From: Haliotis rubra
Lineage: Eukaryota
Reading direction: 5' to 3'
Assembly (NCBI RefSeq): GCF_003918875.1
Contig: NW_025766847.1
Span: forward strand, 496,001-560,000
Length of the DNA: 64,000 bases
In this document: piece after piece, positions 1 through 13,418 of the stretch
Position numbering within the stretch: the first letter of the stretch is position 1
How the letters are laid out: each line of letters begins with the position of its first letter
Position numbers and translations under genes: made by a program
The notes under the pieces: generated by a model
Seen by the model: only the letters and a program-made list of their open reading frames with translations
The model's database searches: none
What the model was told of the DNA's origin: nothing

Positions 1-1307
1 CCATACCTTCCAGAAATTCAATTCTGCTCTTCCAATTGCAGCACCTAAAACTTCTGGGACATCTGAAAGTCAAGTATTTCACAGGTTCAAATCCTAGTAT
101 TTGTTGATAAAATGGCTTTCCCAGTTGTTGGAACGTCCAGGCAGCTCATGCCTTCACGAATCTTACTGATTTAAAATATAACAAAATGACATATACTGAT
201 TGTGGTATCTCCTCGCCAGAGTTCAGCAAGTCTTACTGTCTTCAGTCTACAATGACTACGCCTTCTGTAGGTCATTTATAAATATTTGGTCTTTATCTGA
301 AAACGTAATATCTTTAAAACCGGTTCCTTTGTATTCCATATGTGCTTTAGTATTTACAATTCAGTAATTCTATGTCTGTTTCGGGACTACAAATTGCAAC
401 TCTCCGGTGGAGGCAGACCCAGATAACGCACCCAGGAAGAAAGGACTTGTACATCGTGTAGCTTTATGGCGCTTGTTTATGAACTGTTTTCCATCTTCTG
501 ACATGAACCCTTTACACACATGAGATTTAATATAATATACCACCTCAAACCTAGCCTGTAACCAGTCTCGATTATCCAGTCAAACATACTCCATCCAGCG
601 TGAAAGGCGTCATAGCTGCGAAAACTAAATCAATGGATTACTGAAAACAATGGTGACACCAGGTGTTTTCGAAAAGGGTAAGCCCTGTTCTGCCCTACCG
701 GTGGCACCCGCCTCGTGTAAGCTATGTATGGTGGTCTAATATGTACAAGTTATGCTTTCTGCGCGAACAATTGGAAGAATATAGAGCACAGTCCAAATAC
801 TATTAACACAAAAGCGGCATAGTCGTTTTTCAAAAGCATATGACATTTCTTCTGAAAGGCCTTGAATGTTGTAACCCAGAAAAAAATAAGAGTGAGAGTC
901 GCATGACCTTCCAAACTCCCTTAAAAGTGCATGGTCGTATGAAAAGCTAAAGCAACATTGCTCTACGTAAATGAGAATAAGGACTTGGAAAGTTGGAAGA
1001 CATCCCTCTTGTAACCCACTCTTATGGTAGATCATGTCGCTCTGAATCTAAATATGAAACAGATGAGGCAGTTTCTCTGGTCTGTATTATTTTCAGTTCA
1101 TCTGTCTCATTTAGGAAGTCCGATCATTGAACTGTAATGGTTTTAGCCAATTTCCTATTTCGTAACTTCATATTTGAAAATGTGGCATCCTTCTATCTCT
1201 TGCCATTTTGAATCTTATGTAAATTTAATTCATGGTCTTGTACACGTCTTGTACAACTGTGGACGTTTATGGAGATATACAGATTTTCCTTTCAAATTTG
1301 GAAATTA

Positions 1308-1810
1308 TTATTATAGGATATTCATATAGCGCACATATCCTCGCAACTACTACATGCTCAAGGCGCTGGTATTTTTTCCCTCGATCATTGGATGTCAGTC
1401 TCAACGGCAAATCGTATTATCAATCTGAACTCCCCGGGGATCATACAACTCTTGCAGCCACTAGGCGCACCGTGTTATTGCGGCATTCTCATCCTTACAG
1501 GTACCCATTTACAGCTGGGTGGACTGGGACACATAGTCACAGTACTTTGTCCAAGTTCACTGCACGTTGCTGTACCCGCAACTAGGTGTTTGCACGTATT
1601 CATGTAGCCACCATCGGGTCATATACCAGGGGGATTCGTGGGTTCTTTAAGTGCACAGGGTTGTGTATTGTACACTAGGGGTTGTGACAACACTGAAAGA
1701 GTCTGCACAGAGAGTTGACTCCAAGGACAGAGATCAAGTTGACTCCAAGGTTTTTAGACCCGGTCACAGGTGGGCTCGATCCGTTAGCCAGCTCGCCCAC
1801 CACGCCACCC
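1308..1810 (-). mobile_element. tRNA-derived SINE-like element
   Basis: Minus strand begins GGTGGCGTGGTGG... with a degenerate B-box, has the central GGTACCCATTTACAGCTGGGTGGACTG motif shared with about 59858-59886, and ends in an AAT tail. Confidence 0.5.
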
Positions 1811-3316
1811 AAATGTCCAATATAGGTAAAGAAAAGACATTTTTTACAAATAATAGTGTGAGTTGAGTGTAAGTGCGAATATATGCATCAAGTACACACA
1901 ATTTCTGGATAACATCTTCAACGTGCAATTTTTAGCGGCGTTTAATATAGACGCTTTTACCGCTGTCAAATAACTTTACAAACTACACAAAGGCAGTTTT
2001 ATATCCTGTAGACACCCAAAAAAAACAATCGGTTTCATTTCGCAGCTATGCACATCAACAGACTACCCACCGGCGAGACATCCGACACCATAGGGGTTTG
2101 TGATGATGATTATTTGGAGATTTTACGTGCGCTTTCCGATATAATGCGTATTTCGCACACGGGTCCGCCAGGCCATTTAGTGTGCGGCCGAAAGGGGTTA
2201 TTATGACCGAAAGAGAGGGCAACGTGAACATGGTGAAGGGGGCATTCGGGTTGAGTATTTAATTTTCGTATGAATTTTGAATTTCGAACTTTGCCAGAAG
2301 TTGTGTTTGGGAGGGAGCGGAATTACGGAGTGGTTTGTTTGGTATTGTTGTCTTCTTTCTATTCTGTTTCTTTAGGTTATGTAGGCTAGTCTCAGACTGG
2401 GACTGGTGAGGTGTCAACATTTAGTGCTACAGCTTTTATGCCGAGTTATGGCAATCAAGCGAGTAATCAATTCTTTTATTTTTATCTCTCACATTTGTAA
2501 TCTCGGCATTTACCCTCACAGTTCTAAAGAACAGGTATTATCTTAACAACTATAACCATGAGATATTGTCTACATGTTTGTAAACAAGAGATCTATTATC
2601 TACTTATTATAAAAGAGAGATATATTATACAGATTCATAAACAAATGGTGTATGTCCTGACATCTATAGGCCAGAGATAGTATTTTTACATTTATAAACA
2701 ACAATAAGGTTCCCGACAGGAAACATTCAAGTGTTTTCTTACATTTTCATGAGGTCAAGAAATACAGAATTGTTGTTTTGTTCTGGGCTTGTTTTGGGGT
2801 TTTTTTGTTGCGTTTTGGATTGTGGTTTTGTTTTGTTTTTGTTCGTTTGGGGTTGGGGGTGCAGCCAAAACTGACAAACGCCAGTGATCACAATTCTCAT
2901 CATGTTATATAGGTAGACCGTAGGTGGGACAGTATAAACAATATATTCACCTTGATGCTAACAAATTAGTGTTATATAACAACGTATGGTTTGGATTTAC
3001 AATTTCTTTATTGTTTTCAACACGGCTTTTCTTGTTCTCTTCTTGCCCCTTCATCAGGTGAATGATTGAATGGTGTTGTCATGTGCTTTATTTAACGTCG
3101 CACGCACAACTAAGGTATATCGGCCACGGGTAAGTACACTTATGAAGAAATGAGGGGGAGCAATGAATGTGATTTACAAGTGCGTACAGGAGGCCAGGAA
3201 GTTAGTTTGCTACTTAACAACCAATCAGGCAATCGACACTTGGCACCAAAGGACCTGCTCCAGTTCGGTTACCGCGAGCTGTTACCCAGCCATTCAGACA
3301 ATGACGCTCAGTGTAA

Positions 3317-3548
3317 CTGTAACAACATTTTAAATAGCTGACGTCACGCCAATCAAGCAGTCTCCTGTGCGGCGCTGTGAATGACGCAGTACTACGAGAA
3401 TTGAGTTTCAGTGGCAGGATTAGACGTAATAATCCCTGTTAATCCATGTCATTCTCATCTGTGGGAGAACTGAGCTAACTGGCACTACTCTTCCGGACTA
3501 CTCCATGCCTCAGTGTCATGCAGGCAGGTATATAGAAGCAGAATGTCT
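3317..3548 (+). promoter_or_regulatory. Family promoter cassette, copy 1 (CTGTAACAACAT, CRE TGACGTCA 3339, CCAAT 3349, GGATTA-N7-TAATCC 3417-3435, GACTACTCCATGCCTCAGTGTCA, TATATAG 3529)
   Basis: The core blocks recur in order upstream of the other exon-1-bearing copies; the CRE is specific to this copy. Confidence 0.65.
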
Positions 3549-3622
3549 GGTCGGTGCAATGTACGTCCACCTCCATCGTCGTTTCAAGTTGTACGTTCAT
3601 TCTGCCATTTAACTAAGAAACC

Positions 3623-4274
3623 ATGTCAACACCCGCCTGTGCTGACCCGATCTGCTCCCTGTCTGCCACTAACGTGGCGTCTGCTACTGCCTTATGGAAG
3701 GACGACCCAGTGTCTGCATCCTTCCAACTCTTCAGTCTTATCGAAATGAAGGATAGATTCCTCAAGCAAGTCCAGGCCATAGGTATGTACATTTGTTTTT
3801 GTGAGTTTGTCATTAACGGGATATAATTACGTGATTTTTCTCATTCACTATTACATCATATTCTGCAAAATTGGTTTTATAAGTCATTATTTTATTCGTT
3901 ACTGCACAATCCGTCAAAATATATATAAATTGGCAGACTAAAACACTAAAAAGCATCTGTTTTTTATTTCAGATGCCTACATCCTGGAACTGTCCGAGAA
4001 GATCGTGAGAGATGCAGACAATGGCGGCCATGTTGGACATGGGTTACTTCTGCTCAACAGGAAGTGTGTAGCTGAAGGTGTCCGTCAGGTGTACCTACGA
4101 CTGGCCACACACAAGTGGAGACAAGTCAGGCAGTGCAACAACTTCATCAGACAAAACTACGAGAACCAGGACCATCTTTCAGCAGCTGATGTGGATGAGT
4201 CACATGACCACGAAGTCACCCAGATTGCTCGTGGACTTAGTATGGAGTGTTGTGAGTTCCAGCGGTCATGCTAA
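3623..4274 (+). CDS. Unrecognised two-exon gene family, copy 1 (exons 3623-3782, 3973-4274; 153 aa, MSTPAC...[40 protein letters not shown]...[15 protein letters not shown]...CCEFQRSC)
   Basis: ACCATG start, AG|GTATGT donor, TTTCAG acceptor, phase-1 intron of 190 nt, open to TAA. TATA at 3529. Same structure in the paralogs. Confidence 0.85.
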
Positions 4275-5403
4275 TTGGATGAAACAATTCACAAACTGTC
4301 ATTATTGTGTAGATCCTGTCTCCACTGACGACATCTTGCTTATTGTTGTTATTGTTAAATATAAAGTGCTGTCATGACTACATGTATTCTGTGAATGGGA
4401 GTTCTATATGTGAAAATAAAATTGTCATTCTCAGTCTTGTGTTAAGGTTACAGAACAACTGCGTTTCATCTCCAAAATAAATACCTCATGGGAAATGTAT
4501 TAAGCGTTGAAATTAATTTCAATCAGATGAGTCATCTTCCCGAGCCAAGCCTATTTCTTCCTCGACTATTCGCTAAAAATATATGCGGGGATATAGGACT
4601 ATTAGTAAACGTTGTACAAAATCAATCAATTATGGTTCCTTAAATTTAAACAAATATTTTCGAAGTTCAATCAACTCGCTCACTTACTTTATAGAATGAT
4701 TTGGTTATATTCTGATTCCTGATTGAGCGTTTCCAAAGAAAAGTAATCTGAAATATCATGGTTGAAAACTAGACTACGATATAGTCTTGTGTACACTATT
4801 GGCTTTGGAAACTCAAGACCAGCTGACATCATTGGGCCATACGGGAGTTGTGTATTCTACCTTTATAGCAGTGTATGGTAGAAACATGCATATAGCAACG
4901 CTACCTACCATGCTTCGTATTTCGGCTAGCTCAAATATCCAGCTGTATGTTTAAAACGCCCGGGGTAATCTTCCTGTCAACACAGCAATTTAAAACATTA
5001 TTTTGACATGTGTCATTTTCTGGATTACACCAGTAACACTATTCCGGTGTAAGGAGAAACAGATCAACAGCAGATGTGAACAGATACTACCCATTGGCGA
5101 AGCATACTACTGGTATAAATGTTATATAACCTAAAGTGTCAGATCTTGTCAAATCCAGCAACTCACATATCAGGGCATTTAAATGTGTCTGAGTTACTAT
5201 AAGTTATAAATTCTTTGTCCACCACCACCCTGTACTAGCACGTACTGCGACATTTATACTTAGCGTGGCCGTTGTGAGGATTGATTTACGCTCTTCAAGA
5301 TAGTCAGTTAGTTCAGATAAACAAACTCTGACTGGATCCCAACGCCTAAAATATGCTCTTGGTCCCTCCTTAAGTCACGTGATAGTGAAGGGATAACTCA
5401 AAC

Positions 5404-7938
5404 TTAAAGGTCACACATAAACCCTAGGGGTACAAATACATAAATCACTAACTGGCATCGTTATAAATGAAACCCCGTCATTGAAACTACTCATTTCGAC
5501 CTTTAATTGGCTTAAATCGACCTTTTTGACAACAGTGCACAATTCTCACCCGCGAACAGAAATTTCAACCAATCAGAGCGGCGCGCCTCTGTGACGTCAT
5601 ATGAGGAATAGCTTTGAAAGCCGATGCAGAATTCATCTACATTTTAGGGGGTAAATTATCGTGTTTACAGGCTTGTATAAACCTGAAATCGTGACAATTG
5701 TTGTTGAAAATGAAAGCTATATGTTCTCACAATCTACTGGCATTTAATTTTGTCTCCTGCTTTGCCTAGTTTCCGAGTTACAACTTGTTTTCATAGACGC
5801 TTCTGTCACAATTGATTGGTGTCGTTAAGCCCTATTTGTATAATGACTGATCCAAATTGATCCCATTTCTGTGTTTTTACCTCGATGTTTAATCATGTCA
5901 TGTAAAAAATCTGTTTGTATTCTCAAAACAGTGTCGGCCCATAAGTTTTCACATACAATACAGCAATTAATACTCCTTGTTGTAACCCGTGTTAGGTGGT
6001 ATAAACCTACGCGTTATTTGTCATCATTCACTTGATGGTCAGTAAATGAATTTATAACAGGTATAATTAGTGGTAATAATACACTTAGATTACCCGACAA
6101 AGGTTCCCATTTGGCATTTCTTGTGTCTGGAGTAAATATTCAACATTATAAACATCGATCAAAGGATTAACCGATAACACGCTGATTGATTAATTACTTT
6201 TATCTTACACAGCGGAATTGTCAAAGGTAGTGTTTATGTATGTAGATTTACTAATCTATACTGAATACACTCTGCCGTGTCGGTGTCTGCGTAAAACAAG
6301 GTCCTTCTTTCAAAGGATTAACCGGCAATACATTGATTGATTGCCCATTATTGGCTTACTAAATTACTGTTTTTAATGAAAGGCGGACATTATGCAATTA
6401 GTTGCCAGGTGTGCTATCTTGGGTGACCAATGAGACTATACACCAATACCTGAAAAAGATTTATCACTTTTTCGTATATTAAACTGTTAAAAGACACATC
6501 ATTTGGAATAGTTTTGTGGATATTGATAAACAAGGTAATGGCCTGATATTGTTCCTATAACTTTAATCTGTTTTAATTTTAATATTTGCATTTTGTTTTT
6601 ATTCATTTGTCGTAGCATTCAACAGAATCATTGTTTTCGCCGTGAAGTGTAATAGGACAGACAACATACACTAGAGTGTGTGTGTGCGAATTATGATTCA
6701 CATTGACAAACTATAAAATGTCTAGATATTACAGTTCTGTTATAAATTCACTATAAGTATCAGCAGATCGTCAGCTTTTTATTTAGTTTCAAAATGCATA
6801 AAAGTATGATAATAAACTAATTAGGTTTATAAGACCAAATATAAAGACGCATATTGACTAGTATCTACATACTGGTGAGTGGACATTAACCATGGGAATG
6901 TAGCAAGAAATTTATCGCGCAGTATTGTGACTTCGACCCCCACCTCGCTTCCGTGGAAGAAATCGTTATGTTATAAGTTGTGTCATGCAAAATCCGTTTG
7001 GTTATGATTCCAATACATATTTAACAACGAGTAGAAAGTAGTCTTGATTTTTAACTTGATGAAAACAAACTATAATCTCATTAATTCTAACAGATTTTTT
7101 ATTTTTAAAATGGCGGCGCCCTGTCGGGAACATCAGCCAGTCTGGAGGATAAATGCTATTTAGGTTTGTTTTCACCGAGTTACAAAATCAAAACTACTTT
7201 CTACTGGTAGTAAAATATGTATTTTATTGATGGCCAATAGGATTTTGCATGACATAGCGTATATCATAACAATTTCTCTCGTGGCAGCGAGGTGGGTGTC
7301 AATATAATACTACTTACAATATTATTGTTACTTCGACCACAACCTCACTTCCGAGGAAGAAATCGTTATGTTACAAGTTGTGTCATAGAAAATCTTTATG
7401 GTCATCAATCATATGCATATTTTACTACAACTAGTAAGTAGTTTTGATTCTTTAACTTCCGTGAAGCGATCTGAACACAAGTAAGATATCGTTTCAGGCT
7501 TCCACAACGCTCGCTTCGCACTCACAAAACATAACCCATTTAGCACGAACTGCGGGGTCCTGTGGAAATCTGTGCATGGGGACACCATCGCCCGACCCCT
7601 AGGAGCAATTGACGACAAAGCAACGATTCGGCATGTCGTCGTTGATGTCGAGAAATCATCAAAATGATGAGCGTGCTACACATTTTCTATACAACTAACT
7701 GAAAATCGTTCCTCATATGACGTCACTGCAGTGCTCTGGCGACAGAGTTACGTAACCTGTCTGTGGTTTCGTATGCGGGCGAGAGGAAGCAGGCGACTTT
7801 TGGCCACTTTTAATCGCTCGGTATTAATTAACCACAAGTTTTTAAAGAATAAATTTGGTGTTCCGCATAAGACTAACCACAAATCTTTCATATGTAATGG
7901 TTAAAGAGTAACAAAAACAAAGTTTAGTGGTTCTTTAA
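5404..7938 (+). mobile_element. Non-autonomous Kolobok-like DNA transposon
   Basis: TTAA at both ends (TTAA|AGGTCAC...GTGGTTCT|TTAA), short imperfect TIR, a second copy inverted at 40413-43391, internal ~130-nt inverted repeats at 6939-7300. Confidence 0.7.
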
Positions 7939-9507
7939 GTTCAATGGCTATTTTAACTGATGTATCAGTTGTATTATGATTTTTACTCTATGAAGATAAC
8001 ACTATTTGTTTGGTTTGCAACAAAGATCCTGTAGAAATGCAAAAGAATTTAGATAATTTTAAAAAATAGTTAGGTGTGGAAACTGAAAGGAAATGTTTAG
8101 GAAATAGACTACATGTATATTACAATTAGAGGAAACAAAACTATGAAATATACCATTAGAACTTAATGGAACAAATTTGGAAAGTGTGAATAAATCGGGC
8201 AATTGTCTCCCATAGATAAAATAAATTCAACACAGGAAGGAAAACCGTTATGCAACAAGCAACAAAAACTGTGTATTATATCCTCTAAATGGAAGATCAA
8301 ATAGCCTATCAATACAGTGTCATCTTAAACCTTTTGATGCATGAGGATCCTAATGATATTATACAGGCGTGAGGTGTGGGCTTCTGGGGACTAACGAAGT
8401 ATTGAGAATGTACATTTAGACTTTTTTCGTAAACGTCTTCCACTGAAAAGAGTGCGTCTGCCTAATGATATATGGCGAGCTTGGAAGAACACCTCTGTAC
8501 CTACAAGCGTACACACGTAACGTACTCGGCAGGAATGGTATCAGGAAAGACATCTAAACATTTAAACTTGCAGTATCTTTGAAGATCATTTCCTGTCACA
8601 AAACATGAATGAGTGGATTTGTTCATTAAGGAACCGGTCTTACGTACATTTGGCAGTCTAAACATTTTAATTCTGTTCATATTTTGCAGAAAATAGTGAT
8701 TGAAAGACTTATGACTCGAGACTTGTATTATAGAAAACTCCCTAGAAGATAGTGGTGTCCACTTATTCAATTTCAGACATTATGTCACAGACTACCAGTT
8801 CAACTAGGCAGACGGAATAATGTCCACATAATGGAACGAACCTCTAACCTGTGTCAGAATAACCGCGTTGGTGGTGAATACCATCCACCTTTAGCGAATA
8901 TAAAAACAACAAACTTTTAGTTTCACGAAATCGTGTTACAACTTGGTACTCTGTTTAAAAGAACAAATCTGTACTTAAGAAGTTAAGTAAAGTTTGTTCT
9001 CTACTAATCTTAAGCTACAAGTCTTCAATGTAAGCAAATAATTTCCAATTCGTATTTACCTCAGAGAATGATAAAACTATATCCGTGCAGTAAGACTCCG
9101 TTACACCTCACCTCAATACTTATGATTCTATTCTAGCGGAGATCATTTGGCGTGTTGTATATTGGAAATGTACTTTTCTTTGTTTGAATGTCACATGTAT
9201 GTTCTCTGCCAGGGCCTTTAAAACTGGAGTTTGAGGATGATATCCTACGGGAGACTACCTGGCTTATACATTAAAAGAGCATTAAGAGAGTCTTGAGTGT
9301 GGCTGTACCAAGGACAAGCGGTTCTGGGTACAGATATGGCTCAGTTGAAAAGATTCCCAGTACATAGATGTTTATTTACAATATCACGCATTGGTAGACT
9401 TGGCCATCACGTGTAATTTTGAATATTTACAAATAGCACTAGATGTCCATCAGTGTCCATCAGACATATATCTTCAACGTCAAGTTTCATGAGAGTCTCC
9501 CATAAAG

Positions 9508-10240
9508 CTAGCATGATCGCTGGAACGCACAACACTCCATACTAAGTCCTCGAGCAATCTTCGTCACCTCGTGGACATGTGACTCATCCACATCAGATGC
9601 TGAAAGATAGTCCTGGTTCTCGTAGTTTTGTCTGATGAAGTTGTAGCACTGCCTGACTTGTCTCCTCTTGTTTGTGGCCAGTCGTAGGTACACCTGACGG
9701 ACACCTTCAGCTGCACACTTCCTGTTGAGCAGAAGTAACCCATGTCCAATATGGCCGCCATTGTCTGCATCTCTCACGATCTTCTCGGACAGTTCCAGTA
9801 TGTAGGTATCTGAAATGAAACAGGAGAATATAAGTACTTGTACTGGTACATCAAAATAATACCCCACACTATACTACAACTTAATACAGTGATTCATATA
9901 CATGGGCAATATTTTAGAAGGAATTACTTCGCGCTCACGAAATATAGACGTTATTGGCCATAAAATGTGTCAATATTATACTCGCAACTTCTAAAATGCC
10001 ACTCAAAGATATTGTATGACGAAATTTAACCGGACAATTTGATTCAGAAAGAATTACCCCAGAATAAAACATGTACATACCTATTACCCGGACTTGTTCC
10101 AGGAATCTATCCCGCATTTCAATCAGACTGAAGAGTTGGAAGGATGCAGACAGAGGGTCTTCCTTCACCTGGACAGAAGATGGCGGCAGTTTAGTGGCAG
10201 CCGGTGAACAGATCTGGTCAGCACTGGTGGAGGTTGCCAT
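9508..10240 (-). CDS. Unrecognised gene family, copy 2 (exons 10240-10081, 9809-9508; 153 aa)
   Basis: Same phase-1 intron position (271-nt intron), intact frame to TAG, upstream cassette at 10327-10550, AATAAA downstream. Confidence 0.85.
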
Positions 10241-10326
10241 GGTTTCAAGTTAATTGCAATGATGTGTTTAAAAGAAGCACGGAGGACTGTTAGATATCCT
10301 TAGATGCGATATGAGTGGTGTCCATC

Positions 10327-10550
10327 AGACATTCTGCTTCTTTATACCTGCCTGTATGACACTGAGGCATGGAGTAGTCTGTGGGAGGAGAGGCAAGCTG
10401 TGTTATCCCATAGATGAGATTGGCAAGGATTATCCTGGTCAACCGCGCCTCACTGACCTAATCTCATCGTCCCCTCTCACTGAGAGTGCCGGTCTGGAAA
10501 GTGTTTGATTGGCAGGTGGATTATGGAGGTGTATAACATGTTGTTACAGC
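10327..10550 (-). promoter_or_regulatory. Family promoter cassette, copy 2
   Basis: Reverse complement contains CTGTAACAACATG, GAGATTAGGTCA, GATAATCC and GACTACTCCATGCCTCAGTGTCA...GGCAGGTATAAAGAAGCAGAATGTC. Confidence 0.65.
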
Positions 10551-11291
10551 AATACAGCAATGTTCAGTCACCGCTGGGTCGTCACTGATTGCTTTGATTG
10601 GAAAAGGACCACCTCAGTTATATTATAAGAGATGGTGTCATTGTGTATGTAGTGATGACTGATTGATTATTTGGTCGTTATCAAAGCGATTAGTGAAGCT
10701 TCTTATCATGTTACGTGTTTAATATAACCTCCTATCAACCTGGATAAACTATCTTATCATACCCCCAAACCATTGATTATATTGTTGATTTTGTCCGACA
10801 GACATTATATGCCTACAGTACAAGCTCCACCAGCAGACAACCTCGTGACCTCAGTATCACTGGTTATAAACTTTCTTGTTGTTGTTGTTAGGACACGTAT
10901 CAGTGATAGAATGTAGAATTTGTGATTTGTTAATTAAAAAAAAGAATGGCATGCAATTGACTTGTATATAGGCGCTTTCACATGCACATCATTTGGTTCG
11001 ACATTCTTTCAATAAGTAGATTTGGTTCTCATCTTGACTCACTCTGTTTGCATAAATCAACATCACGCATTATTGCAAGAAATTGAATCACGAGTGGTGT
11101 AAAATGTCAACAGTGATTACACTAATCAGTAATAGTGTGATTTGTTCATAAAACAAGCAAAATCAGGAAATCTAGTAACGGCATCCATTAATGCATTCAC
11201 CAATCATATTGACTTTGGTGTTACAACACACACATGCACACACACATAGAAATAAACAATCGGTGATTACAAAGGTGTCATCACTGCATTA

Positions 11292-11510
11292 CTGTAACAA
11301 CATGTCAATCACTAAGGTTCCTGCTCGACTCTTCCAATGAGACTGTGAGATTAGGTCACTGTGAGACTAGATCAGCCAGGATAATCCTCTACAGTCGCAT
11401 TAACTGAGAAAGCGGACTCCCCAATATACCTCATGTCCCGTTATGTGGAGTAGCTTGATACTACTCCATGCCTCAGTGCCACGCCGGCAGGTATAAAGAA
11501 GCAGAATGTC
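11292..11510 (+). promoter_or_regulatory. Family promoter cassette, copy 3
   Basis: Same blocks; TATAAAG at 11492. Confidence 0.65.
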
Positions 11511-11584
11511 GGAAAGATTCTTTATCTTAACTTGCAAGCAATCACCGAGTCTGGTTTAAACCTCGTTAAAGTTAACTTGAAAAT

Positions 11585-12499
11585 ATGGCAACCTCCACAT
11601 CTGCTGACCAGATCTGTTCACAGACTGCTTCAAAATTGTCGTCTGCTGCTGCATCATGTAACAACGACCCCGTATCTGCCTCCTTTCAACTCTTCAGTCT
11701 CATAGAAATGCAGGATAGCTACCTCGAACAAGCCCAGGCCATAGGTATGTACAGGAGTCAATCTGAAGTGATTTGTTCGCTTCCGTTCATCACTGTATGC
11801 AGAAATACTACTGCCAACAAAATAAGCTCAATAACTAGGTGACCGTCCAACGCGTATGAATTACTGTCTCATCTATAATGTACATGTACTTTGAAAAATA
11901 ATTTGGACCATAAAAACTTATAAACTTCTGTCTTGCTTCAGATACCTACATCCTGGAACTGTCCGAGAAGAATATGAATCACTGTATTAAGTTTAGTATA
12001 GTGTGGGTATTATTTTGATGTACCAGTTCATGTACTTATATTCTCCTGTTTCATTTCAGATACCTACATCCTGGAACTGTCCGAGAAGATCGTGAGAGAT
12101 GCAGCCAATGGCGGCCATGTTGGACATGGGTTACTTCTGCTCAACAGGAAGTGTGTAGCTGAAGGTGTCCGTCAGGTGTACCTACGACTGGCCACACACA
12201 AGTGGAAACAAGTCAGGCAGTGCTACAACTTCATCAGACAAAACTTCGAAAACCAGGACCATCTTTCAGCAGCTGATCTGGACGAGTCACATGACCACGA
12301 AGTCACCCAGATTGCTCATGTGGACTTAGTCTGGAAATCCCTTCAAGAGGATCCTGTAGAAGACAAATGGAGTGTTGTGCGTTCCAGTGCAACAACTTGA
12401 TCATGACTAGTTTCAGAGCTGAAGAGTCACATGAACGATGACACCCAGATTGCTCGTGGACTTAGTATGGAGTGTTGTGCGTTCCAGCGATCATGCTAG
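11585..12499 (+). CDS. Unrecognised gene family, copy 3, mosaic or garbled (exon 1 11585-11744; acceptors before 11942 and 12060; altered end at 12400, normal-type end repeated at about 12444-12499)
   Basis: Exon 1 is intact. The exon 2 start is duplicated, and the first acceptor leads to an early stop. The C-terminal region is interrupted by extra sequence. Confidence 0.6.
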
Positions 12500-12796
12500 T
12501 TTCAGAGAAGACAGAAAATGACTTGACGTTGAAGATATATGTCTGGACACTTATGGACATCTAGTGCTTTATGTAAATATTGTCATAACACTTGATGGTA
12601 TGGCCAATGCTACCAATTTTGTATTTATTTTGTAAATAAACATCTATATACTGAGTCTTTTCAGTTCAGCTGTTTCTGTTTTTAGAAGAAGAAGAGTTTA
12701 ATTTTGGACTTGAACAAATGTGTTCTTCGTCCCCAAAACACATGGTGTACAGGCCTGTAAAGGACAAAGGATATATTTACAGTCAAGTTATGGAGG

Positions 12797-13410
12797 CTGG
12801 ACAATGTATTGTGTTTGAGTTCTTACGTCAATAGAGAGTTTAATATATTTAGCTAAGTTTCGCATGGCAGATTTATTGGAATGTCTAAACAGTGACATAA
12901 ACTTAAAACACTTGGTTTCTAACCCAATAGAAGCTTTTAATATATAACTTTCTAAACTGTAAATATTGCCAGTGTCCCCCCCCAATTTTTTTATTGGAGA
13001 GCGGGTGGGGTGGGGGTGGGGGCTGGGGTGGGATTGACAACAAAATTGGCATGGTATATTTAGGACAAATGAAGATAAAACTGCTCATCTTCAACAGTGT
13101 GTTGTGTTTGAGTGCTTACGTCAATAGAGAGTTTAATATATTTAGCTAAGTTTCGCAAGGCAGATTTATTGGAATGTCTAAACAGTGACATAAACTTAAA
13201 AACACTTGGTTTCTAACCCAATAAAAGCTTTTAATATAGAAATTTCTAAACTGTAAATATACTCATGCCAGTAATGGTTGTCACCCCTTCAATTTTTTTA
13301 TTGAGAGCGGGAGGGCGTGGAGGTGTGGGCTGGGGGTGGGGAGGGGTGACAACAATTATTGGCATGAGTATATTTAGGACAAATGAAGATAAAATGATAC
13401 TCATCTTCAA
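12797..13410 (+). repeat. Tandem ~300-nt duplication, each unit with a G-run tract (G-quadruplex potential at 13003-13031)
   Basis: About 12810-13094 recurs at about 13103-13411; GGGTGGGGTGGGGGTGGGGGCTGGGGTGGG. Confidence 0.75.
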
Positions 13411-13418
13411 CAAAGATT

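Noticed and set aside
1-1250. Possible LINE ORF1 remnant, and similar decayed coding-like sequence near 8000-8900
   Set aside because: Too degraded to support a call by eye.
4240-4274. C-terminal prenylation signal in the family protein
   Set aside because: The ending ...CCxFQRSC fits none of CaaX, CC or CxC; lipidation cannot be claimed.
4078-4377. Overlapping [17 protein letters not shown]... in exon 2 of several copies
   Set aside because: Alternative frame with a GTG start; its recurrence follows from near-identity of exon 2, and its length varies.
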